A stretch of DNA of 62,554 nt, counting the filler, from Stramenopiles sp. TOSAG23-6 (lineage: Eukaryota), in assembly GCA_900128565.1 (NCBI GenBank). It is 21 parts of 21 records of this genome, joined end to end, with 100 filler letters (N's around TTAATTAATTAA, not from the genome) between each part and the next. Parts side by side here need not be neighbours in the genome. Positions count along the whole stretch, not along the records: positions 59,682 to 62,554 come from LT637777.1; 20 more parts are not named here. The stretch is one strand, 5' to 3'. The translations under genes and the position numbers were made by a program. Below the pieces are notes generated by a model. The model searched no databases, was not told the origin of the DNA, and was given only the letters and a program-made list of their open reading frames with translations. Every line of letters begins with the position of its first letter. Position 1 is the first letter of the stretch. Positions 60,572-62,554 of this stretch are shown piece by piece.

Positions 60572-62496
60572 TCAATAGTAGCTCATTCGATCATCTGTTG
60601 CTTTAGAAATTTCTCCAAGTAGAGCAGATTTACGAAGTAATTGTTGTTCTTTTTGAAAAAGCATTTTTTTTAGTGATGCAGTTTCATATGAGGCAGATGC
60701 CAACGCTTTTCTTGTGGCTAAATCAACCTCAGCTTGATATTTACAGATTGCATATATTGTAAGAAAATATTTCAAATTTTGTTTTCGTTAGGTACAAAAT
60801 GTACTACGAAATATTTTTTTTAAATCTAGGAAAAAAAACATACATCTGTAGCAATAAATTTGATCTGACGCTCCCTTGCATCACTCGCTTCTTCTGACAA
60901 TTCATTTGCAAATCTGTTACGATCAGTTTGCATCTTCAACGCTACAAAGTCATCAGATGTATTTTGGAAAAATATTTCAAAAAAAAAAAATAAAATTTGT
61001 TAGGTACAAAATTTAAATTTAAATTTTTATAAAAAAAAAAATTCGAATTTGAAAAAAAATTAAACATACATGCTTGTTGTGCAACACGACGTTCCATTGC
61101 TGCATCTTCACGAGCCGAAGCCAGTTCCTTTTGCAAACGTTTCACTTCTAATCCAAGACGTTCACACCTATCATTCATTTCATTGTTCAAGTTTTCAGAT
61201 AATTTATCTTTACTGTTTACACTAGAGACAGTAGAAGGGTTAGATTTATATGTATTTTGGAAAAATATTTAAAAAAAAATCTAAAAAAATCGTTAGGTAC
61301 GAAATTTTGTACGAAAAAACAAATCAAATTTAAAAAAAAATAAAACATACATACTCCATCGGTTATATTCGTACTCTTATTCATTGAATAAAACATTTCG
61401 ATTTCTTCTCTTTCTTCTTCCAATGATGATACTTTCTTTAAAAAATCCACAAACTTATTCTGAAACCAATTTGTTTTCTTTATCATTCCATGAATACTTT
61501 TTTTTAAATATAAAATTGATTTCTCAGAAGATGAAACGAGTCTCTTTGTGTACGCACTATAATTTTCTCTCTCATTATAAGCTGTTACTGGATGAAATAC
61601 ATCTGATAAATAAGAAACAGATCGTTGAAGGAGTGTAAGCTTCTCAAAAGTTTCTCGAAGAGTTACATGTATTTTGGAAAAATATTTCAAAAAAAAAACT
61701 AAAATTTGTTAGGTACAAAATTTAAATTTAAATTTTTATAAAAAAATAAATTCGAAATTGAAAAAAAAATAAAACATACATTATTATGTTGAATGCTACT
61801 TTTGATAAATTCTGATGTTGAAAGAGTTTCAAATAATTTGAAATTAAATTCAACATTTGAAAAATCAACATTTAAATCAACATTTGAAAAATCAACATTT
61901 AAATCAACATTTGTGTGTACATTGGTTTGTGTTTTCAAAAAAGAGTCTGGTAATTGTTGCATTGTATAATCTATTGCATGGAACTCTTTTGAATTTTTAT
62001 TCAAGTTGTTCCATATTTTTTCTTTTTTATCATATAATACCGTTGGCGACGTGGATGAAAAGTCAACATTATTTTCACCTAATTTTGATAACTTTGATAA
62101 ATTTGATGATGAATGGCGAGGTGATGAGTCATAGCTTTCGTTGACAGAATTTGTGGACGTTTCTATGATATCATGATTGTTTATAGTATCTATATTATCA
62201 ATATTATCTATATTAAAAATTCCTTCAAATTTGCTATCTTCCATTCGCTCCAAATCGTCATCGTCATTTTGATGATTTTGATGATTTTGATGAGTTTCAT
62301 CCTCATCGTCATTTTGATGATTTTGATGATTTTGATGAGTTTCATCATTACAATATACCCTTGACGATGGCTTCTCAATAAAATAACCATGTAAAGCAGT
62401 ATTTTTACTATTATTCACACTTAAGTTTTTGGTATTTCTATTTTTTTTATTTTGATTACTATGAAAATTTGCTTCTTTTGACATATTTGGATAAAA
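60572..62496 (-). CDS. Coiled-coil hypothetical protein, 5'-partial; introns 61667-61779, 61250-61350, 60957-61069, 60752-60843 (all GT...AT)
   Basis: The ORF pieces chain into one frame when the four family introns are removed. Confidence 0.7.
60957..61069 (-). mobile_element. Introner-like family intron, near-identical to 61667-61779
   Basis: Both are 113 nt and share the otherwise private segment AAAAATTTAAATTTAAATTTTGTACCTAAC. Confidence 0.65.
61667..61779 (-). mobile_element. Introner-like family intron, near-identical to 60957-61069
   Basis: AAT|GTATGTTTT...CCAAAATACAT|GTA; differs from its partner at only a handful of positions. Confidence 0.65.
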
Positions 62497-62554
62497 TGTA
62501 TTTTGGAAAAATATTTCAAAAAAAAATCTAAAAAAAATTGTTAGGTACAAAATT

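Noticed and set aside
976-62554. CRISPR-like or satellite interpretation of the recurring TTCGTACGAAATTTTGTACCTAAC motif
   Set aside because: Spacing is irregular, orientation follows host genes, the intervening sequence is exon, and there are no cas genes in this eukaryotic DNA.

Overview
This is AT-rich nuclear DNA of a flagellated unicellular eukaryote (BBS8/TTC8 present, standard genetic code; possibly a stramenopile, but taxonomy is not established). The window is not contiguous. It is 21 unrelated contigs of about 2.87-2.89 kb, sorted by decreasing length and joined by an artificial N44-TTAATTAATTAA-N44 linker. One contig is present 4x and another 2x. Recognisable genes: LST8, a CCR4/nocturnin-like EEP enzyme, a Gnt1-like GlcNAc transferase, a Cys-degenerate mitochondrial ferredoxin, VPS37, RPL27, a hotdog thioesterase, tRNA-Phe, PP5, an HDAC, a sphingosine kinase, BBS8, an OTU deubiquitinase, MAF1, an ankyrin-repeat protein, a protein kinase and TBC1D19. 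Main finding: most genes are interrupted by one very uniform family of ~85-185 nt introns (roughly 70 full or partial copies in ~49 kb of non-redundant sequence, by manual count). Consensus: RTAYGTTTT...(T)nTTCGTACGAAATTTTGTACCTAAC...(A/T)nAATATTTTTYCAMAATAYNN. Conserved protein motifs are restored only if these introns end mostly in AT (also TT, AA, AC, sometimes AG), and several begin with AT instead of GT. They have imperfect terminal inverted repeats, a frequent AT duplication at the junctions and near-identical copies. They look like a mobile (introner-like) class of non-canonical, AG-independent introns that coexists with ordinary GT-AG introns. All splice calls are inferred from reading frame and protein conservation, not from transcripts.
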